Shown in pieces: positions 1 to 10,342 of a stretch of 64,000 nucleotides of DNA (positions are counted from its first letter, which is position 1; each line of letters begins with the position of its first letter). The notes below the pieces were generated by a model. It had not been told where the DNA came from, searched no databases, and worked only from the letters and a program-made list of their open reading frames with translations. The position numbers and the translations under genes were made by a program. Source of the stretch: Vampirovibrio chlorellavorus (GTDB lineage Bacteria; Cyanobacteriota; Vampirovibrionia; Vampirovibrionales; Vampirovibrionaceae); contig CAIPMU010000012.1 of NCBI GenBank assembly GCA_903866275.1, positions 6,452-70,451 of the forward strand, in the 5' to 3' direction.

Positions 1-608
1 ATCAGCTGATGGCCCTGCGTGCCAATGCACTGGCCTTGCAAGAGCGTGAGCTTCAAAGCCTGCGCTTCCTGCAATCGCCTACGGTTTCCAAGGTGCTGGC
101 CAAGCTGGTGGAACCTTATGACAACATGGTTAACCCGGAAGTCTTGCGGGTGTTGACCAGTCTGATGTGGAACCCCGCCATTTATGGCGCAACCCCGATT
201 GTATTCTTCCAGACGGCACCGCTGGCTCACGAAACGGATATTGATCCGGTGGTGAACGTTGGTGGCACCGGCAAGAATGTCAATCGTGTGACCAGCAAGC
301 GCAACCGCAACGCGCGTCTGGAGCAACCCAAGCAGGTGGTTCACCTGGAAGCGCACCATATTATCGACATCTGCCATCGGATCAGTCCCCACGGGCAGGT
401 TAGTCTGGCGCAGCTGCGGCAGTACAAGCCCCGCAATGAGGCCGAGGGCAAGGTGCTGAACCTTTTGCGCCAAACGCACATCTTCCGTGCGCTGGCCGGT
501 ATGGAGCCTGAAACAGAGCTGCTTAGCGAAAAAGACGTTCAGTTGGCCGTCGAAGAGGGTGCTTTGGTCTTGAACGACCCCTATATCGTTCTGGTGATGA
601 TGCCCTAA
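1..608 (+). CDS. 3' portion of a CDS truncated by the window start; function unknown
   Basis: Reading frame is open from nt 3 with no upstream stop in the window. It encodes 199+ aa and I recognise no catalytic or binding motif. Confidence 0.4.
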   Translation, partial: QLMALRANALALQERELQSLRFLQSPTVSKVLAKLVEPYDNMVNPEVLRVLTSLMWNPAIYGATPIVFFQTAPLAHETDIDPVVNVGGTGKNVNRVTSKRNRNARLEQPKQVVHLEAHHIIDICHRISPHGQVSLAQLRQYKPRNEAEGKVLNLLRQTHIFRALAGMEPETELLSEKDVQLAVEEGALVLNDPYIVLVMMP

Positions 609-916
609 CCGGTTCACTCCTCTCACGATTGCGCGGTGTCTGATTTTTTCTGGACTGGATGGGTCAGCCTTTAGGCTTTTGGGGACGTGAACAGGCGCTT
701 CATTGCGCCTTGGGCTTGGGCTTGTCTGTGATATAGTAGGCTCAGGCGTGGATTTGGGTGACGTGCTGCAGGACAGCCATCCTCCAGATGCCCGTTAAAC
801 AGTGAATGCAGGCTCTGGAGAAGGGTGGTCATGCAGTCTAAAGTTGGTAAGTCACTAACAACCGGAATTGATTCAAAAACTGGCTCGGCTTTCGTCTCTG
901 GCGAGGGTTTTTTCTG

Positions 917-1879
917 ATGAGCAGACGCATTCTGGTCACGGGTAGCAATGGCTATATCGGGAGCCATCTCACGCAGCGACTTCTCACCGTGCCGCAGGTG
1001 AATTTATTTTCGCTGAACCGCACCTATGATACCCGCATTGACCCGGCCCAATCGTTGGAGGGTAATCTGCTCACGGCCGATCTGCTGGGCTGGTTGGCCG
1101 ATGTGAAGCCGGACGTGGTTTTCCATTGCATTGGGGCCGGTCCACGCCTGCCCTTTGAGCATCAGTTGCAGTTACACGCTGAAGGCACGCGTCGCTTGTT
1201 GCAGGCGCTAGTCGATAACGGCCTCTACCCCCGCGTGGTCCTGATGGGCTCTGCGGCCGAGTATGGTGTGCAGGATGAGGCCGTGAACGAGCAGACTGTT
1301 GGTCATCCCGATGGCGAGTATGGCATTGCCAAGCTGGCCCAGACTCAAGTGGCCCAGGCTTTTGCACGACGGTATGATTTACCCGTGGTGATTGGTCGCC
1401 TGTTTCATGTGTACGGGCAGACCCCGCGTCATTTGGCTATCGCCTCGTTGGCCAGCCAGATTGCCCATGCGGAGATGGTCTATCCGGAATACTCGGAGTT
1501 GCATGTCTATAATCTCCGCTCCCGGCGGGACTTTGTGCATATTGATGATGCCGTGGAGGCCTTGCTGTCCCTGTCTGAGCTGTCTCAGCCGAACGAAATC
1601 AGCGGGCAGGTGTTTAACATCGGCAGTGGGGGCAGTACATCCATTAGTACCATTCTGGATTGGCTGCTGGCGCACTCCCGACTGGATGCCGCGGCCCTGA
1701 AGCGGGTTTCGATGCGCCTGCATGAGGTGCAAAAGGAAGACAACAGCTTTGCCGATATTGCCAAAATCACCCAGCACACTGGCTGGCAACCCAAAATTTC
1801 GCTAGAGCGCGGCCTCTACCGGGAATTGAATTACTGGCGCTCGCATTTGCCGGTCACACAGTCCGTTTCGCTAGCTTAA
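917..1879 (+). CDS. NAD-dependent sugar-nucleotide epimerase/dehydratase (SDR family)
   Basis: N-terminal Rossmann motif VTGSNGYIGSHL, catalytic YxxxK (YGIAK) and a length of 320 aa. It sits in a sugar-nucleotide cluster. Confidence 0.8.
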   Translation: MSRRILVTGSNGYIGSHLTQRLLTVPQVNLFSLNRTYDTRIDPAQSLEGNLLTADLLGWLADVKPDVVFHCIGAGPRLPFEHQLQLHAEGTRRLLQALVDNGLYPRVVLMGSAAEYGVQDEAVNEQTVGHPDGEYGIAKLAQTQVAQAFARRYDLPVVIGRLFHVYGQTPRHLAIASLASQIAHAEMVYPEYSELHVYNLRSRRDFVHIDDAVEALLSLSELSQPNEISGQVFNIGSGGSTSISTILDWLLAHSRLDAAALKRVSMRLHEVQKEDNSFADIAKITQHTGWQPKISLERGLYRELNYWRSHLPVTQSVSLA

Positions 1880-1925
1880 GCCCCTGTTTGTAGGAGCGGC
1901 CGTTTGCGTCGATTGGGCTTCTGTT

Positions 1926-3221
1926 CTAAAAAATCCGAATGCGCGGTGTTCTCATCACGGATTCAAGGGCACTGCGTTGCTGCGTTATCGTTTCCATAAC
2001 CACTGTATGGCTTACCAGAATGCCGATATAATCAACGCCTTGGGCGATCGCCTCTAAACTTTGGTCCTGATACTCCGGCAAGAGCGGATCGTAGCTGACC
2101 ACGTCAACGCCTTTTTCCTGCAGGATCTCGACCACCCGCATGGCGGGACTTTCCCGGACATCGCCCACGTCGGGTTTATAGGTCAATCCAACCAGACAGA
2201 GTTTGGGTTGGTCAATATCATCCACATCCCACAGGATTTTTTGGGCAGTGTACTCGGGCATGCGGTCATTGACTTCTCGAGAGGTCGCAATCAGCCGGGT
2301 ATTCACCGGGGAAGCCTCCACAAAGAACCACGGGTCCACGGCAATACAGTGTCCTCCTACGCCAATGCCCGATTTGAGGAGATTGACGCGAGGGTGCATG
2401 TTGATCAGCGTCCGTGCTTCCGGCATATCCACGCCGTACTCATCGGCCAGTATGGAGAGCTCGTTGGCCAAGGCAATATTCACGTCCCGGTAGGTATTTT
2501 CCGCCAATTTGCAGAACTCGGCCGTTATATCGTTGGTCATAAAAATTTCGCCGCGCATCACGCGAGCCATAAACGCTTTTCCCAGAATTGCAGAATCGGG
2601 ATTAATGCCCCCCAGCACCCGGTGATTGTGCACCAGTTCATGCGTGGTGGTGCTTCCCGGCAACACGCGCTCCGGAGAGAAACACAGGAAGATGTTTTCA
2701 CCGGCTTTCAGGCCTGTGTAACTTTCAATCATGGACTGGACCAGCTTTCGGGTCGTGCCCGGCGGCACGGTAGATTCCAGAATCACCAGATTGCCCGCTT
2801 TGAGGCAGGGTAAAATCGATTCGGTGGCGGCGCGCACCATCGAGAGATCACAGCGTTTGTCCTCCGGGTTGACCGGTGTGGGTACGGTGATCAGAAAGAC
2901 ATCTGCGGGTTGTGGTTGGGCCGAAGCGCAAAACTGCTCAGACGCCTGGACTTCCTGCCACCAGTCGGACAGCTCGGGGTAAATCTCTCCCACCCGCGAT
3001 TGGGCCAGATTCTCCAGCACGCGCGGGCTGACATCCACGCCGTGAACTGTCAGGCCATTTCGGGCGAACAGTAACGCGGTGGGCAAGCCTACATATCCCA
3101 GCCCGACCACGCAAACCTGTTGATAAGCCTGCGCCATTGCCTCTAGCTGGGACACCCGGTGTGGTGGACAGTCAATCCCACTCACGTCGGGTATGTTCTG
3201 AGAGTACGTCATTGAATCCAT
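1926..3221 (-). CDS. UDP-N-acetyl-D-mannosamine (or UDP-GlcNAc) dehydrogenase-like nucleotide-sugar dehydrogenase
   Basis: N-terminal GLGYVGLP NAD-binding motif and catalytic-Cys motif GGHCIAVDP typical of WecC/Cap5O-type enzymes. The start is uncertain. The ORF track extends to 3299, overlapping the upstream glycosyltransferase; internal Met at 3221, 3212 or 3137 are plausible starts. Confidence 0.75.
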   Translation of the reverse strand: MDSMTYSQNIPDVSGIDCPPHRVSQLEAMAQAYQQVCVVGLGYVGLPTALLFARNGLTVHGVDVSPRVLENLAQSRVGEIYPELSDWWQEVQASEQFCASAQPQPADVFLITVPTPVNPEDKRCDLSMVRAATESILPCLKAGNLVILESTVPPGTTRKLVQSMIESYTGLKAGENIFLCFSPERVLPGSTTTHELVHNHRVLGGINPDSAILGKAFMARVMRGEIFMTNDITAEFCKLAENTYRDVNIALANELSILADEYGVDMPEARTLINMHPRVNLLKSGIGVGGHCIAVDPWFFVEASPVNTRLIATSREVNDRMPEYTAQKILWDVDDIDQPKLCLVGLTYKPDVGDVRESPAMRVVEILQEKGVDVVSYDPLLPEYQDQSLEAIAQGVDYIGILVSHTVVMETITQQRSALESVMRTPRIRIF

Positions 3222-3225
3222 TCCC

Positions 3226-4542
3226 CTATTGTAATCGAGAAGCGGGGGAGCAGGTTGTCTCGTCAAAAGAATCCGTCTGTTTGAATGAATTGTCTGCAAT
3301 CGGTTCGGCGTGGTATCCGGTCAGATGATGATAGAGCTGTGTCAGGCTGTGGGCGCTATGAGCCCAATGGTATCGCTCTACCACGGTCTGGTGGCCATTG
3401 AGGGACATGTCCCGCCGCAGATCTGGTCGGGTATAGAGGGTATACAGCATTTCCGCCAATACGGCCGCATTACCGGCCGGAAAGACGGCCCCGCCGCCGC
3501 TTTCTTCCACATACTGCTGCAGGGGTCGGGTGTTGCCGGTCAAGACTGGTTTCTTCAGCGCCTGACACCGGTATAATGCTTCCGGGAACGTGGAATTGGT
3601 CTGATCGTTGGGCAGGTAGGGGAAGATGCACACATCGCTGACATCGATATAGCTGACTTCCGCAACATCGTCTACCCGACCGGCCAGATGGACCTTGTCT
3701 TGCAGGTTGTGCGCCTCGATCAGGAGAAGTAATTGGCGACGATACCCTTCCCGGATGGGCCCAGCATTGATGAAGACCATCTCCGGAATGTGATCGCGCA
3801 ACAGATTCATGGCTTCCAGCACGGTTTGAATCCCCTGAAAGGAATCGCTCAGACGGCCCACATGGGTCACCACAAAGTTGGACTTGAACCGTTTGATGAT
3901 CTCCATATCCACGGAGCTGTGCATTACAGTCTCAATCTCGACGCTGTTCTCAATGGTGGTCATCAGGTCGGGATGAACCCCTTTTCGCAACAGTCGCTGT
4001 CGGGATTCTGTGGTGGCAGTTAGGACTCGGCTTGCCAACTCCACGCCACGGGCTTCCAGAAGCTCCCAGCGGTTTCGCAGGGCCAGCGAGGCTTTCTCCC
4101 GCTGGGATGAATGGGTCAGTTGCATCAGGGCGGGATAATGATCCGGTAAGTCCGCGACCAACGGGATGCCATAACGCGTGGAGATGTTCAGGGTGGTGTC
4201 CAGCAGGCGCAAGCCGTGGACATGCAGTACCTGGATATCGTAATTGCGCGTAAATCGATGAATCAGGGTATGCCAGGGGGTGTCGATGTTCTTGAACCGC
4301 AAGAAGGCCTGACGAAACAAGCCCTGATACAAAAAGTGGGTCGGGCGGCCTAGCCAGGGAATTTCGATGCTCACTGCGTTGGGGTCTACCCGGTGAATGT
4401 AGAAACCCCGGTAGGCCTCATCCACCAAGACATCGTTCGGGTGCAGCAAGCAGAGCAGATGCACCTCATAGCCCGCTTCAACCAGCGCCACGGCTTCCCG
4501 CTCCACCCGGGGCTCGGCTGGAAAGGGTTGATCCAGAATCAT
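3226..4542 (-). CDS. Glycosyltransferase family 4 (GT-B fold)
   Basis: GT4-like N-terminus (MILDQPFPAEP...EAGYEVHLL) and C-terminal sugar-donor binding region. I chose the internal Met at 4542 because the longest ORF (to 4611) overlaps the upstream gene by 40 nt. Confidence 0.7.
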   Translation of the reverse strand: MILDQPFPAEPRVEREAVALVEAGYEVHLLCLLHPNDVLVDEAYRGFYIHRVDPNAVSIEIPWLGRPTHFLYQGLFRQAFLRFKNIDTPWHTLIHRFTRNYDIQVLHVHGLRLLDTTLNISTRYGIPLVADLPDHYPALMQLTHSSQREKASLALRNRWELLEARGVELASRVLTATTESRQRLLRKGVHPDLMTTIENSVEIETVMHSSVDMEIIKRFKSNFVVTHVGRLSDSFQGIQTVLEAMNLLRDHIPEMVFINAGPIREGYRRQLLLLIEAHNLQDKVHLAGRVDDVAEVSYIDVSDVCIFPYLPNDQTNSTFPEALYRCQALKKPVLTGNTRPLQQYVEESGGGAVFPAGNAAVLAEMLYTLYTRPDLRRDMSLNGHQTVVERYHWAHSAHSLTQLYHHLTGYHAEPIADNSFKQTDSFDETTCSPASRLQ

Positions 4543-4571
4543 ACCCACCCGGATACGGGGAGTCGATCTGG

Positions 4572-5813
4572 CTATAAAAGTTGATGGCGGGTTAGTATCG
4601 ACTGATAGCATTCACAGAGTGTCCTGATTTGAGTTTCAATGTTAAACCGCTCATAAACCATTCGTAAAGCGTTTTGTCTGAGGGTTTCCAATTTCCAGAA
4701 GGCAGACATCAGCTCTTCAATCATGCCTGCCAGCGCAAAGACATCTCCCGGTGGGTAGAGGAGCCCGTTTAAGCCGGATTCGATAATTTCTGGAATCCCG
4801 CCCGCGTTGGCACCGATGCAGGGTACCCCCTGTGCGGCGGCCTCAATGACCACACGACCAAAAGGTTCATTGATCGAGGGCACCACCAGCAGGTCAATCG
4901 CTTCGTACAGGGGTGCCAAGTCTTGCTGGTAGCCCAGGAAGTGCACTGACCGCTTCAGGCATTCCTCCTGAACCGCCCGGTGAATGCGGCCCTTATATTC
5001 ATGATCCACAAAGTCGCCAGCCACCAGCAGTTCCACGGGCACATTTTTACGCCTTAAGAGGGCAATGGCCTCCAGCAGTTCATGAAATCCCTTCCCGGCG
5101 GATAGTCTGCCAATGTAACCCACCCGAAACACTTTGTCATCCGGCAGGCCAAACACCTTGAGGGATAAGGTTTTCATAATGGCGCGCTGGGGGTCATTGA
5201 TGGGGAAAAAATCAGGCTGTGCGGGTAGTTCCAGGGCGTTATACAGCAAAACGTACTTGCCGGGCTCCTGGGTCAGGTAGCGGCCGAACTGTTGCTGGAC
5301 GACGCTCGAAATACAGAGCACCTGATCTGAAAAGCGATCGATAAACCAGCGGGAAAAACGCCTGCCCAGAATCAGATGGAACTTAGGACTTGGCGTCATG
5401 AAGAGTTCGCGAATGTGCCAGACGTGGGGAATGCCTGCCAGGGCCGCAGCCAGGGCACCTTCCAAAGAAACTGAAGAATTGGTATGAACCAGGTTTATTT
5501 TTTCGCGGCGGATGGTATTAAGTAGATAGAGTGTTCTTGGAACGGCAGATACCATCAGGTTCAGCACATCGCCAACGCGCTGGAACAGGTTGCGGTGATC
5601 ATGCTTGACCCATTGTAAACGCTTGTGCCTCAGCACGACCGTATTGGGATAGCCCTGCAGCAGCTTCTGCAAGGGGCCTGGTCGGGCAATGGATACAAAG
5701 CACTGGTACTCCCCTTGTGGCAGGTTCCGCACCAACAGGTTCAAGCTCTGCTGAGAGCCATACAAATCCCCATCGTGACAAATAAACAGGATACGAGTCG
5801 GTAAATCTATCAC
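4572..5813 (-). CDS. Glycosyltransferase family 4
   Basis: EX7E motif region EPFGRVVIEAAAQGVPCIGANAGGIPEII; 413 aa. Confidence 0.8.
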   Translation of the reverse strand: MIDLPTRILFICHDGDLYGSQQSLNLLVRNLPQGEYQCFVSIARPGPLQKLLQGYPNTVVLRHKRLQWVKHDHRNLFQRVGDVLNLMVSAVPRTLYLLNTIRREKINLVHTNSSVSLEGALAAALAGIPHVWHIRELFMTPSPKFHLILGRRFSRWFIDRFSDQVLCISSVVQQQFGRYLTQEPGKYVLLYNALELPAQPDFFPINDPQRAIMKTLSLKVFGLPDDKVFRVGYIGRLSAGKGFHELLEAIALLRRKNVPVELLVAGDFVDHEYKGRIHRAVQEECLKRSVHFLGYQQDLAPLYEAIDLLVVPSINEPFGRVVIEAAAQGVPCIGANAGGIPEIIESGLNGLLYPPGDVFALAGMIEELMSAFWKLETLRQNALRMVYERFNIETQIRTLCECYQSILTRHQLL

Positions 5814-6730
5814 TAGCGCTAACTCAGACCTTTGGCGTCAACCGCATAAATTCCACATCAGACCCAAACAGACGAATCGTTTTAGCCAATTAGACCCTGT
5901 CTCCAACGAAAGGAGGATCTTTATAAAATCTTGAAGGGCAAACCCCCGAGTATGATTCCTTTTTCCACTCAGCTTTGCTAGAATAACGTCATAGGCAATT
6001 GCTGACACAGGATAAAAGTGGTTAGAGTTATTCTATCATACTGGACTTCGAGGGACTAAGCAATTTTGACCGTGTTTTCTTTTATACAACCATAGAGCTC
6101 GTTTCTTAATTCATTTGGATTGTTATCAATTTCAGGTGTTTTCTCTGGCAAGTCGTTTCTACTCTTCTCGTTTGAGTGCTTCAACAGCCTAATCAAAAGA
6201 ACGCTGAGCCAAACCAGTCAGTTTACCGGGTTGGGGTTACTCCCGATTCAATCGTTACAGCCTACACGCCAGTTCAATTTTCGTCCAAGGGTGATATTGT
6301 GCAACACATGAAACAGCAACTGAATCAAATGAAGTCGATTGCCCGCATCCAGCGGAATTTGTCCCGGCTTCGTGGCGTCTTCTCTGACTTTTTCTACCTT
6401 TTATTTCTATAGATTAAATTGTAAAATTAATTCAATTTAACCTGTTTTGGTTTTTGTGTTTGGTGTCTTCTGAGTTGCTTTGACCTGCTCTGGGTGCGAT
6501 GTATGGCTTGGGTGGGATAAGCTGGACCTCTCCTGGGTTATCCGGGCTGTGTGTAGGTCTGGCCTGGATTTTAAGCCTGCCATTTCAACCGTAATGCAGG
6601 TGATGAGCTTGGCAAAATCGAACAGACCATTGGGTTAATCCTGACTTTTTTATTTTAATCAGTCAGCTAATTGAACCGGATGCTTGGGTTGCCTATGCTC
6701 TGGGGGTTCCATAAGCAGAGGGGTTCTATC

Positions 6731-6925
6731 ATGGCTAATAAAATGCTGGTTAAAGGAAATTGGAATATCATTAAGGGTAAATTGAAAGAAGCCTATGGCA
6801 CGCTCACGGATGATGACCTGATGTTCACTGAAGGCAAGGAGGAAGAGCTCTATGGCCGTATTCAGCGACGCATCGGCAAAAGCCAGGATGAAGTGCGTAA
6901 GCTGATTGAGAGCTTTAACCCTTAA
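6731..6925 (+). CDS. csbD: CsbD-family general stress protein
   Basis: KGNWNIIKGKLKEAYGTLTDDDL...GKEEELYGRIQRRIGKSQDEV matches the CsbD signature. GAGGGG Shine-Dalgarno sits 8 nt upstream of ATG 6731. The ORF-track start at 6671 has no SD. Confidence 0.8.
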   Translation: MANKMLVKGNWNIIKGKLKEAYGTLTDDDLMFTEGKEEELYGRIQRRIGKSQDEVRKLIESFNP

Positions 6926-6996
6926 ACGCAGGCGTTCCAAAATTCGATTTTAAAATTTGAACGTTTTAAAATGCTTCGAATTTTGAGTTGATTTGC

Positions 6997-7080
6997 AAAA
7001 ACCCGTTTCGCAATGGATTTCAGGATTCCCAATGGTGGGAATTTGCATCCATTTCTCTGCGGAACGGGTTTTTTGCGTTT
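6997..7080. terminator. Bidirectional intrinsic terminator with nested hairpins between convergent csbD and wecB
   Basis: Outer stem AAAAACCCGTTTCGCA (6997-7012) pairs with TGCGGAACGGGTTTTTT (7058-7074). Inner stems are AATGGAT/ATCCATT and ATTCCCA-atgg-TGGGAAT. A T-tract follows on the + strand and an A-tract precedes, so there is a U-tract on both strands. Confidence 0.6.
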
Positions 7081-7145
7081 TATAAAATAATCAGTGAGAG
7101 CAACCAGCCTTGAATCATTCACACCAGTTCATTCAGGCCGTTTGA

Positions 7146-8249
7146 CTAGACGGAAAGCGACTCGGCGGCGGTGGGACTGGAAATCGCTTGTCCCTGCAGG
7201 ATGGAGACAATGGCTTTGCTGGCCTGTCCGTTGCCAAAAAACTGGCGGATGGCATTTAAATCCCAATGGCCGGGGCGTTGATGAAGGGCCGCCGCCAGTG
7301 CTTCGGGGGAGAGCCCGACGATCGTGTTCATGCCCATATCCACCGTTTCGGTCCATTCGGTTTCGGTGCGCAGGGTGATACACGGCACGCCAAGCATCGC
7401 CGCTTCTTTTTGCACACCGCCAGAATCAGTTAAAATTTGGGCTGCCCCGCATTCGGCCAGAATCATTTCCAGATACCCCAGGGGGTCTATGCAGCGAATG
7501 TTTCGGAACGGGCCGGCTGATTCCACCAACGCCCGGGTGCGGGGGTGAACCGGAAATACAATCGGGACGTCTTGCGCGTCCATCAGGCGTAACAGGGCAA
7601 TGGCCTGCTCCGGTGAGGCCGTGGTTTCGGCGCGGTGCATGGTTAAAAGCCAGTAGCCTTTCTGCTGGAGGCCAAGACGCTCCCAGAAGTCGGGGAAGGT
7701 TTCGCGGGCTTTGGCCTCGAATTGCAAGAGGGCATCCAGCATGACATCCCCCACCAGATAGGCCCGTTGGGCCAAGCCGTCGTGGCTCAGGTGCCGCATC
7801 GCGGTTGGGGTGGGCGCCAGACACCAGGTCGCCAGCTGATCGGTCAGGATGCGGTTGGTCTCTTCGGGCATGGCCCGGTTAAAACTGCGTAAGCCTGCTT
7901 CCACGTGGGCAATGGGAATCTGAAAGGTATCGGCCACAAAAGCGCCAACGAGTGTGGCGTTGGTGTCTCCATACACCAGCACAATGTCCGGTTTCTCAGC
8001 GGCCAGCACGGGCTCCAGTCGGCGAAGGCCCTCTGCCATCTGAAAGGGGCGACTGCCAGACCCTACGGCCAGTGCGTAACCCGGCTTGGGCAAGTCCAGT
8101 TCTTCAAAGAAGATGTCTGACATGTTGGCATCATAGTGCTGGCCGGTGTGTACGAGCACTTCTTCAATGCCCGCCAGCCGAAAGGCTTTGGAGACTGGCG
8201 CGGCTTTAATGAATTGCGGCCGGGCGCCTAAAACAGTCACAATTTTCAA
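7146..8249 (-). CDS. wecB: UDP-N-acetylglucosamine 2-epimerase (non-hydrolysing)
   Basis: N-terminus MKIVTVLGARPQFIK is canonical when translation starts at TTG 8249-8247, which lies 6 nt after an AGGAGG SD. The ORF-track GTG at 8279 adds 10 residues with no SD. The C-terminus has a Gly-rich UDP-binding region; 367 aa. Confidence 0.85.
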   Translation of the reverse strand: MKIVTVLGARPQFIKAAPVSKAFRLAGIEEVLVHTGQHYDANMSDIFFEELDLPKPGYALAVGSGSRPFQMAEGLRRLEPVLAAEKPDIVLVYGDTNATLVGAFVADTFQIPIAHVEAGLRSFNRAMPEETNRILTDQLATWCLAPTPTAMRHLSHDGLAQRAYLVGDVMLDALLQFEAKARETFPDFWERLGLQQKGYWLLTMHRAETTASPEQAIALLRLMDAQDVPIVFPVHPRTRALVESAGPFRNIRCIDPLGYLEMILAECGAAQILTDSGGVQKEAAMLGVPCITLRTETEWTETVDMGMNTIVGLSPEALAAALHQRPGHWDLNAIRQFFGNGQASKAIVSILQGQAISSPTAAESLSV

Positions 8250-8628
8250 AGGGCATCCTCCTGCACCGCATTTTAGCACGAACCACCGTCATGGCTGGGA
8301 CGCAACTCATCCTCGTCACAAATCCTTGGCCAGACCCCTCTGATAGGCTTGCTTTAGCGCGAGTGGGCAGAAATGGTCTTTTGACCTGGTGAATGCGGGC
8401 AGGTCCCGGTTGCAGAATCAGTATGTGACATCCGAAAGAGGGCCTTCTATAATGAAGCCACGTCAATGAAACAGATCGTCAATTGGTTTGCCGCTGTTTG
8501 GGATCGTGTCTTGTCCAGTCCTGTTGGAACCTTCCGTATTCCGGGCGTCCTCATGCAGTATGAAAGAGTATCTAAACCAGTGACTGTGAGTCAAATGTGC
8601 TGACAGTATCAGTATTGAATTTGAGAAA

Positions 8629-9450
8629 ATGATGAATCGATTTTTCACCCATCGTAAAATGACTATGCTGGGCATTGCGCTTGGTCTTTCCGTTAGTCTG
8701 GGGATGGTAACTAAGCCCGCTCAGGCTGTTCGGTATACCCAGATCTTCACCGGGAGCGCTTCACCGGCGGCCACTTCGGCGACTGCTGTTAAAAACATGC
8801 CTGGTTCGGCCCCTATTTCGGGTCGGGTATATCAGGCGCAACCACCTCAGGTCGTTACGCCGCTCCGGGTGGTCAAACCCCTGAATCAGCCCCTGATGGG
8901 GCCTCAGGCGATACTGGATTTCATCAAGTCTAAAGATGGCATCCCGGCTTCGGTGGCCTCAACCATTACAGTGGAAAAGTCCTCCGTCCTGAACTCATAC
9001 ACCGATGGTCAGAGCATTGTGATTACCAGTGGTCTTTTGGATAAGTTGCCGACCAACGATCAGCGTGCCTTCGTGATTTCTCATGAGCTAAGCCATGTGC
9101 TGCTCTCTCATGTCACCAAAACCGAGGTCCGTCGCGTGGGGTTATCCCTGTTTGATGCGCTGGTGGTCCAGCGTTATGTGGGAAAGGGTACGCCACTGGA
9201 CTCCGCCACCCGATTTGGCCTGGGTTTGGTTGATATGCGTTCTTCTCGCGGGTACGAGTATCAGGCAGACGATCTGGGGGTGCGCTTGATGAGCGAGGCG
9301 GGTTACAATCCCGAGGCCGCGATTCAGGTGTTTGCGATTCTCAAGGCGAACACCCCCGCCAATCAAACGCCCGGCTTTCTGATGGACCACCCGATTACTG
9401 ATGATCGCATTCAGGCGCTGGTGCGTAAGTACCAGTTGCAGCCCAACTAA
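8629..9450 (+). CDS. Secreted M48-family zinc metallopeptidase-like protein
   Basis: N-terminal signal peptide (MTMLGIALGLSVSLGMVTKPAQA), HExxH motif (ISHELSHVLLSH) and a downstream EYQADDLG motif. Confidence 0.65.
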   Translation: MMNRFFTHRKMTMLGIALGLSVSLGMVTKPAQAVRYTQIFTGSASPAATSATAVKNMPGSAPISGRVYQAQPPQVVTPLRVVKPLNQPLMGPQAILDFIKSKDGIPASVASTITVEKSSVLNSYTDGQSIVITSGLLDKLPTNDQRAFVISHELSHVLLSHVTKTEVRRVGLSLFDALVVQRYVGKGTPLDSATRFGLGLVDMRSSRGYEYQADDLGVRLMSEAGYNPEAAIQVFAILKANTPANQTPGFLMDHPITDDRIQALVRKYQLQPN

Positions 9451-9743
9451 TAGCAGCTCAAGGGTTCGGCAGTCGTGTTGCCTGCTTTTGCGATGTAAGG
9501 GCAGGTTTTTCCGGTTCGATTCGTCAAATGTCCAGATGGGACAGGCTAATTCCTGTTGAAGTCCTGAATAACGGCGTGGGTAAAGCTTATTAATTTTAAA
9601 AAACAGGACTTGAAAGTTCCCAAAAATGGTTTCATAATACACACTAAGAGTTTCTGCGGATAGGTTGTTCAGTCTCACCAAGACAAGGCCTCGTTCAAGA
9701 AAACTCCTCGGTTAAATACTCTATAAGATGAGGCCATTTTCAA

Positions 9744-10070
9744 ATGGAAGACAAACAACTAGCCTGTACGACTTGCGGTACGGAGTTTACGTTTACGGGG
9801 GAAGAGCAGGAATTTTACTTCTCCAAGGGTTTCCAGGAACCCAAAAAATGCAAGCCTTGCCGTGATGCTGCCAAGCAAGCCCGTGGTGGCGGTGGCCGTA
9901 GTGGCGGTGGTTTTGGTGGCGGCGGCAGCTACGGCGGCGGCGCCCCTCGTCAGTTGTTCGATGCAGTTTGCGCCGGTTGCGGTGTGCAAACCCAGGTGCC
10001 TTTCCAGCCGAAAGGTTCCAAGCCGGTATACTGCCGTGAGTGCTTCCAGGCTAGCCGCTCTTACTACTAG
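9744..10070 (+). CDS. Double zinc-ribbon protein with Gly-rich linker
   Basis: CxxC-x19-CxxC, then a GGGGRSGGGFGGGGSYGGG linker, then CxxC-x17-CxxC. A strong terminator follows immediately. Confidence 0.6.
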   Translation: MEDKQLACTTCGTEFTFTGEEQEFYFSKGFQEPKKCKPCRDAAKQARGGGGRSGGGFGGGGSYGGGAPRQLFDAVCAGCGVQTQVPFQPKGSKPVYCRECFQASRSYY

Positions 10071-10098
10071 AGATCAGGCTGCATAGCATTTTCATTTA

Positions 10099-10140
10099 AA
10101 AAAAAGAGACAAGTTGCCCAGGCGCTTGTCTCTTTTTTGT
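10099..10140 (+). terminator. Rho-independent terminator downstream of the zinc-ribbon gene
   Basis: AGAGACAAG-ttgcccaggcg-CTTGTCTCT followed by TTTTTT, preceded by an A-tract. Confidence 0.8.
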
Positions 10141-10282
10141 GGGCTGCTGAATGGCAGGGGCATCGCCTTGTCGCCTGTACTGGGTACATTGACCGCCGGT
10201 GTGCTGGGCTCCATTTTATGGATCAGGCAGTTTTCAGGGCGCTATTCATTGCCTTGTGCATGCTCTCTGAATGGTCTGGTAT

Positions 10283-10316
10283 TCAAAAAGCCGCTGAAGG
10301 CAAACTTCAGCGGCTT
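10283..10316 (-). terminator. Rho-independent terminator of the desaturase gene
   Basis: AAGCCGCTGAAG-gcaaa-CTTCAGCGGCTT hairpin with a T-tract on the minus strand (AAAAA at 10285-10289), just downstream of the desC stop. Confidence 0.7.
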
Positions 10317-10342
10317 TCAGATTAAAGGAGGGTGGGGTTCGT

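Noticed and set aside
2061-2813. 250-aa ORF on the + strand
   Set aside because: It lies entirely antisense within the nucleotide-sugar dehydrogenase gene and has a skewed H/R/G composition, typical of a shadow ORF in a GC-rich gene.
9440-9540. tRNA-like T-loop sequence GGTTCGATTCG at about 9511
   Set aside because: No 7-bp acceptor stem, D-arm or anticodon arm can be built around it, and the 3' end does not pair with an upstream 5' end.
9142-9681. 179-aa ORF on the minus strand overlapping the M48 peptidase 3' half
   Set aside because: It overlaps a gene with clear HExxH motifs and has no supporting signals.
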